The notes under the pieces were generated by a model. It was not told where the DNA came from. It searched no databases and saw nothing but the letters and a program-made list of their open reading frames with translations. 28,923 nucleotides of DNA from a virus (lineage: Duplodnaviria > Caudoviricetes), in the IMG/VR virus record IMGVR_UViG_3300036546_000156, positions 1 through 28,923 of that record; one strand, written 5' to 3'. The position numbers were made by a program, and so were the translations under genes. Shown in pieces: positions 8,454-16,861 of this stretch. Every line of letters starts with the position of its first letter. Position 1 is the first letter of the stretch.

Positions 8454-8567
8454 ATGGGTTGTTGTCCAGAATGTGGGAGTCCAGTGCAACCGATAGAGGG
8501 TTGTTTTTTGTGCATGATATGTGGTTGGAGTAAATGTGGTTACTATGAGCTTGGAGGTATGGATTAA
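8454..8567 (+). CDS. 37-aa zinc-ribbon miniprotein resembling the C-terminal Cys-rich tail of class II ribonucleotide reductase
   Basis: Not in the ORF track; translates MGCCPECGSPVQPIEGCFLCMICGWSKCGYYELGGMD; GGAGG RBS; TAATG coupling to the next gene. Confidence 0.75.
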   Translation: MGCCPECGSPVQPIEGCFLCMICGWSKCGYYELGGMD

Positions 8568-8902
8568 TGTGGGATGAAAAGGGTGGATATGGATTCAATT
8601 TCCCTAAATTCATAGGCGAGGTGACAGAGGATATTCAGGTGGACAAGATCGTGGAAGAGGCTGAGGAGTATCGCATAGAGGTAAGGAATGGTGATAGGCT
8701 AAAAGCTGGCGTAGAGTTGCTTGACATTATACACGCCTGTGAAACCAGATTAAGGCAATACACGACTCAGGAAATCTTAGCGTGCAAGGCTCACGTGTTA
8801 GAAAAGAATGGTGATAGAGGCTATTACGACAAGGAAACCACAGGAATGGTAAGAGTTGGGAAGCTGTTTAGAGAGTTGGAGATAGGTGGAGGCGAGGAAT
8901 GA
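8567..8902 (+). CDS. MazG-like all-alpha NTP pyrophosphohydrolase
   Basis: KIVEEAEE...VELLDI acidic motif; C-terminal KNxxRGYY. Confidence 0.6.
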   Translation: MWDEKGGYGFNFPKFIGEVTEDIQVDKIVEEAEEYRIEVRNGDRLKAGVELLDIIHACETRLRQYTTQEILACKAHVLEKNGDRGYYDKETTGMVRVGKLFRELEIGGGEE

Positions 8903-9330
8903 ATAATCCTGAAAAAGTAGAAAGTGGCTCATGGAAATACACTTGTCCTGAATGTGGTAAGGTTTCTTATTCTATGCTTGATTCTCATTCAACAATATGT
9001 TTTTCTTGCTCCGTATCACAAGATAATGTAAATCCGCTAGTCGCATCAACTGAGCAACTCTTTTCAGAGGCTCTTGAGACCATGAAACGGAAGAACGCAG
9101 ACTATGCAACCACGGATGATGTATTATCAAATTTTAAAATGTGTGAGCATCGTGGAAACTGTAGTTTGGAAATTGGTATAGTAAACAGGATTGATGATAA
9201 AATAGCAAGAGTATCTAATCTTCTTAAGCGTGAGGCTCAGGTGAAAGACGAGAAGATAACCGACACTATCCAAGACGCTATTAACTACCTAGCGATTTTA
9301 CACTACGCAATAGAAAATAAGGAGAAGTAA
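8899..9330 (+). CDS. DUF1599 / nucleotide-modification-associated domain protein with N-terminal zinc finger
   Basis: KRKNADY...NF...RIDDKIARV...DTIQDAINY; CPEC...CFSC. Confidence 0.7.
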   Translation: MNNPEKVESGSWKYTCPECGKVSYSMLDSHSTICFSCSVSQDNVNPLVASTEQLFSEALETMKRKNADYATTDDVLSNFKMCEHRGNCSLEIGIVNRIDDKIARVSNLLKREAQVKDEKITDTIQDAINYLAILHYAIENKEK

Positions 9331-9864
9331 ATGAGAAGTTTTGTAATGTTAGACATTGAGACTTTGGACACTAAAAATACCGCTGTAATTTTACAGATAG
9401 GCGGATGTATCTTTAACAGAGAGAGGCTTGTTAATAAATTCAGGATAGACTTAGACTGGGAGAATGAGCGAGCAAATAGAACTATATCCAATGCCACTCT
9501 TGCTTGGTGGCTAGCGCAAGATGAAAATGTTCGCAGTGATGTGTTTTATGGTGGGCAAAGAGTTGCTCCAATTGATGCTTGTGGTTCATTAGACTATATA
9601 TTGCCTGCTGATTTTGATTCTATATATTCTAAAGGCTCATTTGATTTTGATATACTGGAAAATTTATATAAAAGTATGGGGCTTATTGCACCATGGAACT
9701 TCAGGCAAAAAAGAGACTATAGGACAATGCTCAAGGTAGCTGAGGACATATACGGATTCAAGGAAGATAAAAGCAACAGTCATAACGCAATGGATGACGC
9801 TGTGAACCAAGCCGAGAACTTGATAAAAATATTCAGGCTTATGAAGACGGGTGTTCAAAGATAA
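9331..9864 (+). CDS. DEDDh 3'-5' exonuclease (Rv2179c-like)
   Basis: MLDIETL, SFDFDIL, RDYRT, HNAMDDA. Confidence 0.85.
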   Translation: MRSFVMLDIETLDTKNTAVILQIGGCIFNRERLVNKFRIDLDWENERANRTISNATLAWWLAQDENVRSDVFYGGQRVAPIDACGSLDYILPADFDSIYSKGSFDFDILENLYKSMGLIAPWNFRQKRDYRTMLKVAEDIYGFKEDKSNSHNAMDDAVNQAENLIKIFRLMKTGVQR

Positions 9865-9875
9865 AGAAAAGTAAC

Positions 9876-9904
9876 AAAAGGCAGGGTTAACGCTCTGCCT
9901 TTTT
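9876..9904. terminator. intrinsic terminator, potentially bidirectional, ending the early region
   Basis: AAAAGGCAGGG-TTAACG-CTCTGCCTTTTT. Confidence 0.85.
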
Positions 9905-9915
9905 CATATCCGCAA

Positions 9916-9944
9916 TTGACAGCAGTATTAATTTAATATATACT
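9916..9944 (+). promoter_or_regulatory. sigma70-type promoter for the packaging genes
   Basis: TTGACA (9916-9921), 17 bp, TATACT (9939-9944). Confidence 0.8.
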
Positions 9945-9994
9945 TGTTATAGATTTAAACAATAACACAACACTACTCATAACAAGAGGTTAAA

Positions 9995-10447
9995 ATGGCG
10001 AAGAAGTATCACAAACCAATACAGGCAAAAGACATATTTGGGGATAGCGCAACATCGCTACCGTCAGATTTAGAAATACAGCATGCTATAATGTACTACG
10101 ATGGTGATATAGGCAAGGTTGCTGACCATTTCGGTTTAAAGAAGATATATATAAACACCCGAATAGCTAAGAACCCTGAGTTGCAACAAACCTTCAGGGC
10201 GAAAGCATTTGACATGGTGGATGAGGCAGAAAACACTTTGAGAACAGTTATGGGTATGACAGAAGAGTTTCCCAACGCTGCTGTCCAAGCTGCAAAGTAT
10301 GTGCATCAAGCTTACGGTAAAGACTTGGGTTACAATCAGGCAGAGAAGCGAAAGGAAGAGGAAGAAGAAGCACCTAAGTATGTGATGATAAAAAACAGCT
10401 ATGGAGAGAGGAAGGTTATAGATACTGAAGTTGAGGAGGATGATTAA
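9995..10447 (+). CDS. putative terminase small subunit
   Basis: HTH-like GDIGKVADHFGLKKIYINTRI, helical body, position upstream of the large subunit. Confidence 0.65.
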   Translation: MAKKYHKPIQAKDIFGDSATSLPSDLEIQHAIMYYDGDIGKVADHFGLKKIYINTRIAKNPELQQTFRAKAFDMVDEAENTLRTVMGMTEEFPNAAVQAAKYVHQAYGKDLGYNQAEKRKEEEEEAPKYVMIKNSYGERKVIDTEVEEDD

Positions 10448-10600
10448 ATGATGGGATATATTATTATTAACAATACAGGGAAACCAAATGATACTGAGGT
10501 TTATGACGAGGACGGTAACAGAATCAAGGGTATTATCAGTGAAGAGATGTTGCCAATTCGAGCTGATGTAAAAGCATATACTACAGAGGATGATAATTGA
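10448..10600 (+). CDS. 50-aa hypothetical protein
   Basis: Not in the ORF track; MMGYIIINNTGKPNDTEVYDEDGNRIKG...; GAGGAGG upstream; TTGA overlap with terminase start. Confidence 0.55.
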   Translation: MMGYIIINNTGKPNDTEVYDEDGNRIKGIISEEMLPIRADVKAYTTEDDN

Positions 10601-11859
10601 GCCAAATTATAGAAATATACGAGCCTTCGGAGAAAGCTAAGAAATTCTACTGGAAAGCTCAGAACTACAAACTTGCATTAGCCGTGGGGGCTGTGAGAAG
10701 CTCTAAGTCCTACACATGCAATCAATTGGCTATAGATGAGCTGAGAGAGCTTCCGCCATGCAACGTCCTGTTATCGGGCAAATCAGCAGGAACGGTAGAG
10801 CGTAATATTATAACAGCGTGGAAAGATGTGCTGGGCAAGGATAAATTCAAGCGTGTTTATGATGGCGATGATAGGTATTGGACGATAAACTATAACGGCT
10901 TAAGAGACAAGAACTTTTACGTGGTTGGTGCTGGCAAGGAGCGAGATGAGGAAAAGATTCAAGGTGCCACATTCGGTTACTGGCTGGGCGATGAGATTGC
11001 CCTGCACACGAAGAAATTTATAGACATGGCGGTATCTCGTCTATCCCTACCATACTCGAAAGGCAGATGGACAGCGAACCCTGGAGCACCGAACCATGTT
11101 ATCAAAACTGATTACATAGACAATCCTGATATTAAAGATATATTCTACTCAGAACATTTCGAGATAACGGACAACCCTGCATTAACCAAAGAATACATAG
11201 AGGGGTTATCCAGAACTTACAGCGGAGTATTCTATAAGCGATTCATTAAGGGTATGTGGGTGGCTGCCGAGGGTGCTATCTATGACATGTTCGACGAGGA
11301 TATACACTGCTTTACGTCGGTTCCTCACGAGATAGATTACAGCAGATTTCAGGATATAGCAGTGGGGGTAGACTACGGAACACTAAACCCTACAGCATTT
11401 GTACTTGGTGGTAAAGACCTGAGAGGGAAGATTCATATAATAAACGAATGGGGCTATAACGGTCGCAAGATGCAGAAGCAGAAAACAGATGCTGAGTATG
11501 TTGTGGCTATGGGGCAGTTTATTCAGTCAACAGTGCCTGGTATAGATATAGCTCAAGTCCCGATATACGTTGACCCTTCAGCAGCTTCGTTCATGCAGGC
11601 ATTACGTAAAGAAGGTTACTGGGTTCTGAAAGCTGACAATTCGGTTCTTGATGGAATAAGAGATGTTCAGACTAAATTCAACACAGATAGGCTTGTAATT
11701 AATTCCTGTTGTACTAATTTAATAGAAGAATTACAAGGTTATGTGTGGGATGAGGCAGCGGCTGAGAAGGGCGAGGATAAGCCTTTGAAGATTAACGACC
11801 ACTGGGTCGATTCCCTAAAATATCTCGTAAGAAGCAGATGGAAAGAGAAATGGCAATAG
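10597..11859 (+). CDS. terL: terminase large subunit (PBSX-like)
   Basis: GAVRSSKS, WLGDE, TANP, nuclease VGVDYG, YVDPSA, NDHWVDSLKY; TTG start. Confidence 0.95.
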   Translation: MSQIIEIYEPSEKAKKFYWKAQNYKLALAVGAVRSSKSYTCNQLAIDELRELPPCNVLLSGKSAGTVERNIITAWKDVLGKDKFKRVYDGDDRYWTINYNGLRDKNFYVVGAGKERDEEKIQGATFGYWLGDEIALHTKKFIDMAVSRLSLPYSKGRWTANPGAPNHVIKTDYIDNPDIKDIFYSEHFEITDNPALTKEYIEGLSRTYSGVFYKRFIKGMWVAAEGAIYDMFDEDIHCFTSVPHEIDYSRFQDIAVGVDYGTLNPTAFVLGGKDLRGKIHIINEWGYNGRKMQKQKTDAEYVVAMGQFIQSTVPGIDIAQVPIYVDPSAASFMQALRKEGYWVLKADNSVLDGIRDVQTKFNTDRLVINSCCTNLIEELQGYVWDEAAAEKGEDKPLKINDHWVDSLKYLVRSRWKEKWQ

Positions 11860-11868
11860 ATCATAAGG

Positions 11869-11886
11869 TGTAAAGTATATTTTACA
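11869..11886. promoter_or_regulatory. palindrome TGTAAA-N6-TTTACA, candidate operator
   Basis: TGTAAA GTATAT TTTACA in the terL-portal gap; TTTACA-16-TATAAC could be an overlapping weak promoter. Confidence 0.4.
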
Positions 11887-11965
11887 TTTATAAGGTATAG
11901 ACTATAACACACTGAAAAAGCAGGTAAAACAAATGGATAGAAAACGATATAGAAAGGAATAAGTA

Positions 11966-13432
11966 ATGGTTAAAATTACAACACCAAACGACATACCATG
12001 GCTACAGTTGGATGCTGATTTTCCAACGGCAGAGCAGAAGAGAAAGATTGACGAATGGAAGAAGATGGAGAAGCTTTACAAGGGTGAATTTAAGGACATA
12101 TTCACGATGCCTAGTTATAAAGCTCTCAGCCCCCATGATAAGGAGATTGTAAGAGTAGCGGTGAATATCACAGGGGCTACCAGTAGAGCATTTTCCAATC
12201 TACTTTTCGGCAAAATGCCCGAGTTTAAGTCTACCACAGCTCAGGACTGGGTTGACGAGTTCATTGAGCGTAATGATTTCGAGAACGAGCTTTACATGGC
12301 TGGGGATGCCCAGAGTTTCCGTGGTCAAGCTATTTGTATGGCATGGATGGAAGATGGTGACAGTTATTGTAAATTTATTCCTGCCGAGCAGTGGTTTCCA
12401 ATCGAGTCCAGAGATATGAGGCAGAGGTTTGATGGGCACGTTGTCGGCTGGTTCGAAGAGGTTCAGCAGAAGGTATATAATAAAGTCCAGACTATAGAAA
12501 TATTCCATGCTACCATATACTTACAAGATAAGATTTACTTCTGGGATTATGAAGTAAAGAATGGAAAGGTGAAAAATATCTCAGAAAGAGAGCCTACCCA
12601 GATAATGAGTGCCAAGGGTTCGCTCATAGTACCTATTTATAACCTAGTGATGGACAACAACATCTATGGGCTGTCCGATTATGACGAAACAACAGTTGGG
12701 CTCGTGGAGGAGCTTGGGGTGAGGTTAACTCAGCTTTCCAATGTTCTCAACAAGCACGCTGACCCTACACTGATAGGCGGAAGGAATCACATTAAGAAAT
12801 TCTTTGACCAGAGCGGTAAGGTTATTAGCGAGTTCTTCACAAAAGAAGACTACCTGATAGTTGATGACAAGGACGACATTAAGCCTGAATACCTCACATG
12901 GGATGCTAAGATTAAGGAAGTGCTTGAGAGTATCCAGACTATTATAGATATGATATATATGAGCACTGACACCAATCCTGCATTGTTCGGTCAGTTCAGG
13001 TCTGGTAATATCCCTTCTGGATCAGCACTGAAGAAAATGCTAATAGCTACTATAGAGAGAAAGAATAGGAAGAAGAATCAATTCAAGAAAGGACTTGACT
13101 CTATCCTGAAAACATGTTACCAATTAGAGACTTCTAATATATTGGATTTGACTATAAAGTTCCACTCAGGTATAACACTAGACGAGAAAGAGGTTGCTGA
13201 AATTGCTTCAATGAGAGCGGTTGGCAAGCAGACCATGAGTATCGAGAGGATGTTAAGCGAGATGGACGGGTTGAACTCAAGAGCCGTTATAGAGGAGATG
13301 GCAAAGATTGAAGCTGAGATGGAAAAGTTTACTGAAGCTGGTCAGTATCAGCCAGGCTTTACCGAAGACAAGCTTCAGTCTAACCCAGAAAACGGAGCTA
13401 CTAGCCTAGACGATATGGGCAGAAACGAATAA
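11966..13432 (+). CDS. portal protein (SPP1 gp6-like)
   Basis: 488 aa after terL; YGLSDY, PEYLTWD, PSGSALK motifs. Confidence 0.9.
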   Translation: MVKITTPNDIPWLQLDADFPTAEQKRKIDEWKKMEKLYKGEFKDIFTMPSYKALSPHDKEIVRVAVNITGATSRAFSNLLFGKMPEFKSTTAQDWVDEFIERNDFENELYMAGDAQSFRGQAICMAWMEDGDSYCKFIPAEQWFPIESRDMRQRFDGHVVGWFEEVQQKVYNKVQTIEIFHATIYLQDKIYFWDYEVKNGKVKNISEREPTQIMSAKGSLIVPIYNLVMDNNIYGLSDYDETTVGLVEELGVRLTQLSNVLNKHADPTLIGGRNHIKKFFDQSGKVISEFFTKEDYLIVDDKDDIKPEYLTWDAKIKEVLESIQTIIDMIYMSTDTNPALFGQFRSGNIPSGSALKKMLIATIERKNRKKNQFKKGLDSILKTCYQLETSNILDLTIKFHSGITLDEKEVAEIASMRAVGKQTMSIERMLSEMDGLNSRAVIEEMAKIEAEMEKFTEAGQYQPGFTEDKLQSNPENGATSLDDMGRNE

Positions 13433-13457
13433 GACAGTTGTAGAGTTGGAGGAATAA

Positions 13458-13655
13458 ATGGCAGAGTTTATAAAGTTAAAAATCAGAGAGCCGAGGCTAA
13501 ATAACCCAGAGAGGATTATACACAGGACGATTAATCCTAAGTGTATAGAGTATTATGATTTTATCGATGGCGAGACAATCATATACTTTATCAGTGGGGT
13601 ATCTATGGTGTGTGTTGAGAATTTAGACGACTATATGGTGGAAGCCAATGACTGA
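13458..13655 (+). CDS. hypothetical protein (weak FlbD/SwrD-like pattern)
   Basis: GGAGG RBS; FIKL...INPKCIEYY...TIIYFISG...VENLD. Confidence 0.65.
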   Translation: MAEFIKLKIREPRLNNPERIIHRTINPKCIEYYDFIDGETIIYFISGVSMVCVENLDDYMVEAND

Positions 13656-14529
13656 TAACCAAAAGAGGATTATTGAGCTAGCTAAAGAAGGTAAAGGTGC
13701 CCGCATTATCAGAAAGGAAACTGGTTACGCACGAGGTTATGTTGGCAGGGTTTTAAAGAAATATGGTTATAGCCAGAAAAGTCTCCAGCGTGGGGTTGAG
13801 AAGTATCTAGTCATAACCGATGCGCATTTTCCTTATGGAGATAAGCAATGTATAGATACTATAATAGATTATGCGAAAGATGAGCAGGTTGACCATTTAA
13901 TCTGCTTGGGCGACATGTTTGATATGCACGAGATATCTAAGTGGGGCGACAAGTTCCGCAAGCCACTTGAGGATGAGATTGAAGAGGGTAAGCAACAGCT
14001 TAACGATTGGGTTCTAAGTCGTATTGATTTTAAAAAGAAGATATTCATAAAGGGTAATCATGAGGATAGATTAGAGAGATACATAACACTTAACGCTCGT
14101 AAGATTCAGAATTTACTTGAGCGAAAGGGTTTTGACATTCCCTCTTTAACAGGTCTTAATGATATGGGTTTTCAGTTTATAGATAACATCCAACACAGGA
14201 TAGACAGTGGAAACTTCTTTAAGATAGGTCACTTACACTTTATCCACGGTCACGAAATAGCTGGTGGCGGTAAATATCCAGCACGGAACAAACTGATGAA
14301 ATCCCACGATAACGTGATTTTCGGGCACTTTCATAAAACGGATGAGGCGATAGAGTTTAACCTGAGCAAGAAGCCTTCTAAGTGCTGGAGCGTGGGTTGT
14401 AGTAGTGGGCTATTACCTGAATATATGGTCTTTAATGAATGGAATCAAGGGTTTGCGATTGTAACATTCAAGCCTGATGGAAAATTTTCGGTAGATAATA
14501 AAGTTGTGGTTGACAGAGAAGTGTTTTAA
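13648..14529 (+). CDS. calcineurin-like metallophosphoesterase with N-terminal HTH
   Basis: DAH, LGDMFD, GNHE, HGH, GHFH motifs; N-terminal GKGARIIRKETGYARGYVGRVLKK. Confidence 0.9.
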   Translation: MTDNQKRIIELAKEGKGARIIRKETGYARGYVGRVLKKYGYSQKSLQRGVEKYLVITDAHFPYGDKQCIDTIIDYAKDEQVDHLICLGDMFDMHEISKWGDKFRKPLEDEIEEGKQQLNDWVLSRIDFKKKIFIKGNHEDRLERYITLNARKIQNLLERKGFDIPSLTGLNDMGFQFIDNIQHRIDSGNFFKIGHLHFIHGHEIAGGGKYPARNKLMKSHDNVIFGHFHKTDEAIEFNLSKKPSKCWSVGCSSGLLPEYMVFNEWNQGFAIVTFKPDGKFSVDNKVVVDREVF

Positions 14530-14538
14530 TGGTAAGGT
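14510..14538 (+). promoter_or_regulatory. sigma70-type promoter overlapping the end of the phosphoesterase gene
   Basis: TTGACA (14510-14515), 17 bp, TG-n-TAAGGT (-10 at 14533-14538). Confidence 0.55.
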
Positions 14539-14543
14539 AGATA

Positions 14544-14633
14544 ATTGAGTTTCTAGGACGGCTAAGTTTTTAATTTTCTTCTCAGACCTCCTTTTCGATT
14601 TAAGCCCTTAGTGTAAAAGCTAGGGGCTTTTTT
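14544..14633 (+). ncRNA. candidate ~90-nt small RNA with exposed anti-Shine-Dalgarno
   Basis: Promoter, no ORF, CU-rich TTTTCTTCTCAGACCTCCTTTTC, then intrinsic terminator. Confidence 0.5.
14602..14633 (+). terminator. intrinsic terminator
   Basis: AAGCCCTTAGT-GTAAAA-GCTAGGGGCTT followed by a T run. Confidence 0.9.
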
Positions 14634-14749
14634 CGTGTCCCGACACCTATTACACAACTAAATATTAACTATTGATTTTACGAATAACGCACCACATTAT
14701 ATATACAACGCTTACTATAGCGGAAAAATATAGGATAAGGTGAATTATT

Positions 14750-15343
14750 ATGGCAGTGGACGAGACAACAGGTGAAGAAAAAGATACTGGTACATCACAG
14801 GAAAACGATGGAGATAAGGACGGGCAGAAGACTTTCACTCAGGAAGAACTTGATGCGATAATCAAGAAGAGACTTGAGAGAACAGAAAGCAAGCTCAAGA
14901 GCGAGTTCGAAAAGCAACTTAATGAGTACAAAGCTAAGGCTGAGGATAATGAAGACAAAACATCCGAAGTTGAAAAGCTGTCAAAAACAGTTACTGAACT
15001 CGCTGAACAACTTGAAAAGCGTGAAAAGGAATCACAGAGGCTTGTGTTCGAATCAGCACTTAAAGATATAGCTGCTGAGGAAGAACTTGACCCGAAGCTG
15101 GTAACTAGGCTTGTGACTCCAGAAAACACGAAGAAAACAGAGGACGGTGTGATTGACTACAAAGCTACAATAATGGGACTCGTAGAAGAGTTTCCCTACC
15201 TGAAGAAAACAGGCAAGGATATTGGGAAGCCACCAGTCAGCCAACCACCTAAGAACAGAAAGAGAAGTGAAATGTCCATAAGTGAAAAGTCGGCATATAT
15301 CCAAGAGCATGGACAGGAAGCCTTCTCGAGATTACCAAACTAA
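14750..15343 (+). CDS. capsid scaffolding protein
   Basis: KTFTQEELDAIIKKRL, coiled coil, FPYL motif, immediately before the capsid gene. Confidence 0.88.
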   Translation: MAVDETTGEEKDTGTSQENDGDKDGQKTFTQEELDAIIKKRLERTESKLKSEFEKQLNEYKAKAEDNEDKTSEVEKLSKTVTELAEQLEKREKESQRLVFESALKDIAAEEELDPKLVTRLVTPENTKKTEDGVIDYKATIMGLVEEFPYLKKTGKDIGKPPVSQPPKNRKRSEMSISEKSAYIQEHGQEAFSRLPN

Positions 15344-15361
15344 TAATAGAGGGAAAATAAA

Positions 15362-16336
15362 ATGGCAGGAACAAAATCGGATTTCGTAATCTATCAAGAC
15401 CAATTCCATGGCGGAATGGTAGATAAACTCACGCAGGAGATTAATCTTTTCAACTCCTCAACAAACAACGCTATCAGGCTTGACGTTGAAGACCTGCTCG
15501 GTGAGTATAACAGAGAGACTTTCTTCAAGCGTGTAGCTAACCTTATCTCAAGAAGAGATAACACATCAACCTCAGCGGTTGCTTCGCTTAAAATGGAAAC
15601 AGACGAGTATGTGGGTATTAAACTGAACCGTAAAGTCGGACCAGTAGACCAAACACTCGATGCTTGGAAGAAAGTTGGTAAATCACCACAGGAGATGAGC
15701 TTCATACTTGGTCAGCTTTACGCTGAAGAGTCTATGAAGGAGATGCTTGATACAGGTCTTAGAAGCCTTATCGCAGCTATCACAACTTACGGTGCTGGTA
15801 CAGGCTACATAGACTCCACTACAGCATCTACAACAACCCTGAACACGACTAAGCTCGTAAGCGGTCTTGGTCTTTTCGGCGACCAGAGAAGCAACATAGT
15901 ATGTTTCGTTGGGCACTCAAAGCCAGCGGTAGACCTCACAAGCTCACAGATTACAGATAACATCCTTAATGTTTCTGGTTCTGTAGTAAGGTCAGCATCA
16001 TCTATCACACTCAACAGACCTTTCCTTGAGACAGATTCGGCTGTTCTTGAAGACACTGGTAACTACTACACACTTGGACTTGTGGAAGGTGCTGTAAGAA
16101 TTAAGCAGTCCGAAGCGCCAACAGTGGTTACTGAGATCGTGACAGGGTACGAAAACCTTATAGGCAGATTCCAAGGTGACTATGCCTACTCAGTAGAAAT
16201 TGAAGGGCATAAGTGGGACTTTACTAACGGTGGCGTCAACCCTAACGATACTGCTCTCGGTACATCTACAAACTGGGATAAGGCTGGTCAGGCAAGTGTT
16301 AAAACAGGACCAGGATTCTACCTTCTAACAAAGTAA
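15362..16336 (+). CDS. major capsid protein
   Basis: 324 aa after scaffold; FNxxTNNAIRL, ISRRD, C-terminal WDxxNGGVNP...LGTSTNWDK...KTGPG. Confidence 0.88.
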   Translation: MAGTKSDFVIYQDQFHGGMVDKLTQEINLFNSSTNNAIRLDVEDLLGEYNRETFFKRVANLISRRDNTSTSAVASLKMETDEYVGIKLNRKVGPVDQTLDAWKKVGKSPQEMSFILGQLYAEESMKEMLDTGLRSLIAAITTYGAGTGYIDSTTASTTTLNTTKLVSGLGLFGDQRSNIVCFVGHSKPAVDLTSSQITDNILNVSGSVVRSASSITLNRPFLETDSAVLEDTGNYYTLGLVEGAVRIKQSEAPTVVTEIVTGYENLIGRFQGDYAYSVEIEGHKWDFTNGGVNPNDTALGTSTNWDKAGQASVKTGPGFYLLTK

Positions 16337-16353
16337 GAATAAGGGGATTTTAA

Positions 16354-16719
16354 ATGAAGTTTGAAGATAAAACAGTTGGAATTTACTATCCGCCTGAGCT
16401 TCAACTTAAATCAGAAATAGAAACTTATGTGCGTAATGGCGGGGGTTTTCCCCGCTTTCGCACAAATAAGGGTTTTAGGTCTGAATTTAGTCAATTAGAA
16501 ATTTTTGATATGGTTGTGGTTATTGATGGTTTTAGTGACGTAGAGATTACTAAGGCTTATGAAGACAGGGGCATAGTGGTGGTTAAATATGGGGCTGAAA
16601 GTAAGCAAGAAAAGGTTGAGGAAAAGGTTACAGGAACAATTGACAGCGCTCAGGATGCCACAGGAACTGTTAAACGAGCTAGAGGAAGCAAAAAGACAGG
16701 TTTTTCAAGAGGTGTCTGA
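16354..16719 (+). CDS. hypothetical protein, possibly head-associated
   Basis: 121 aa, AAGGGG RBS, between capsid and adaptor. Confidence 0.65.
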   Translation: MKFEDKTVGIYYPPELQLKSEIETYVRNGGGFPRFRTNKGFRSEFSQLEIFDMVVVIDGFSDVEITKAYEDRGIVVVKYGAESKQEKVEEKVTGTIDSAQDATGTVKRARGSKKTGFSRGV

Positions 16720-16861
16720 GAAACTCTTTATAATCGAGTGGAACACTAAACTGTTTCTATATAGGGAAGGTTTGTTAGATGAGCGAGACAGTCTCGCAGG
16801 ACTCATTCAAGACTTTGAGCGAAACAATCAACCTAGGGATTGATGAAGAGGAGGATTAATC

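Noticed and set aside
14560-14596. AAGGAGGT on the - strand as the RBS of a reverse gene
   Set aside because: No ATG/GTG/TTG at suitable spacing and no reverse ORF
16589-16843. 84-aa + strand ORF
   Set aside because: Half overlaps 16354..16719; a shorter version from GTG 16712 lacks a clear RBS, so left uncalled though the gap is unexplained
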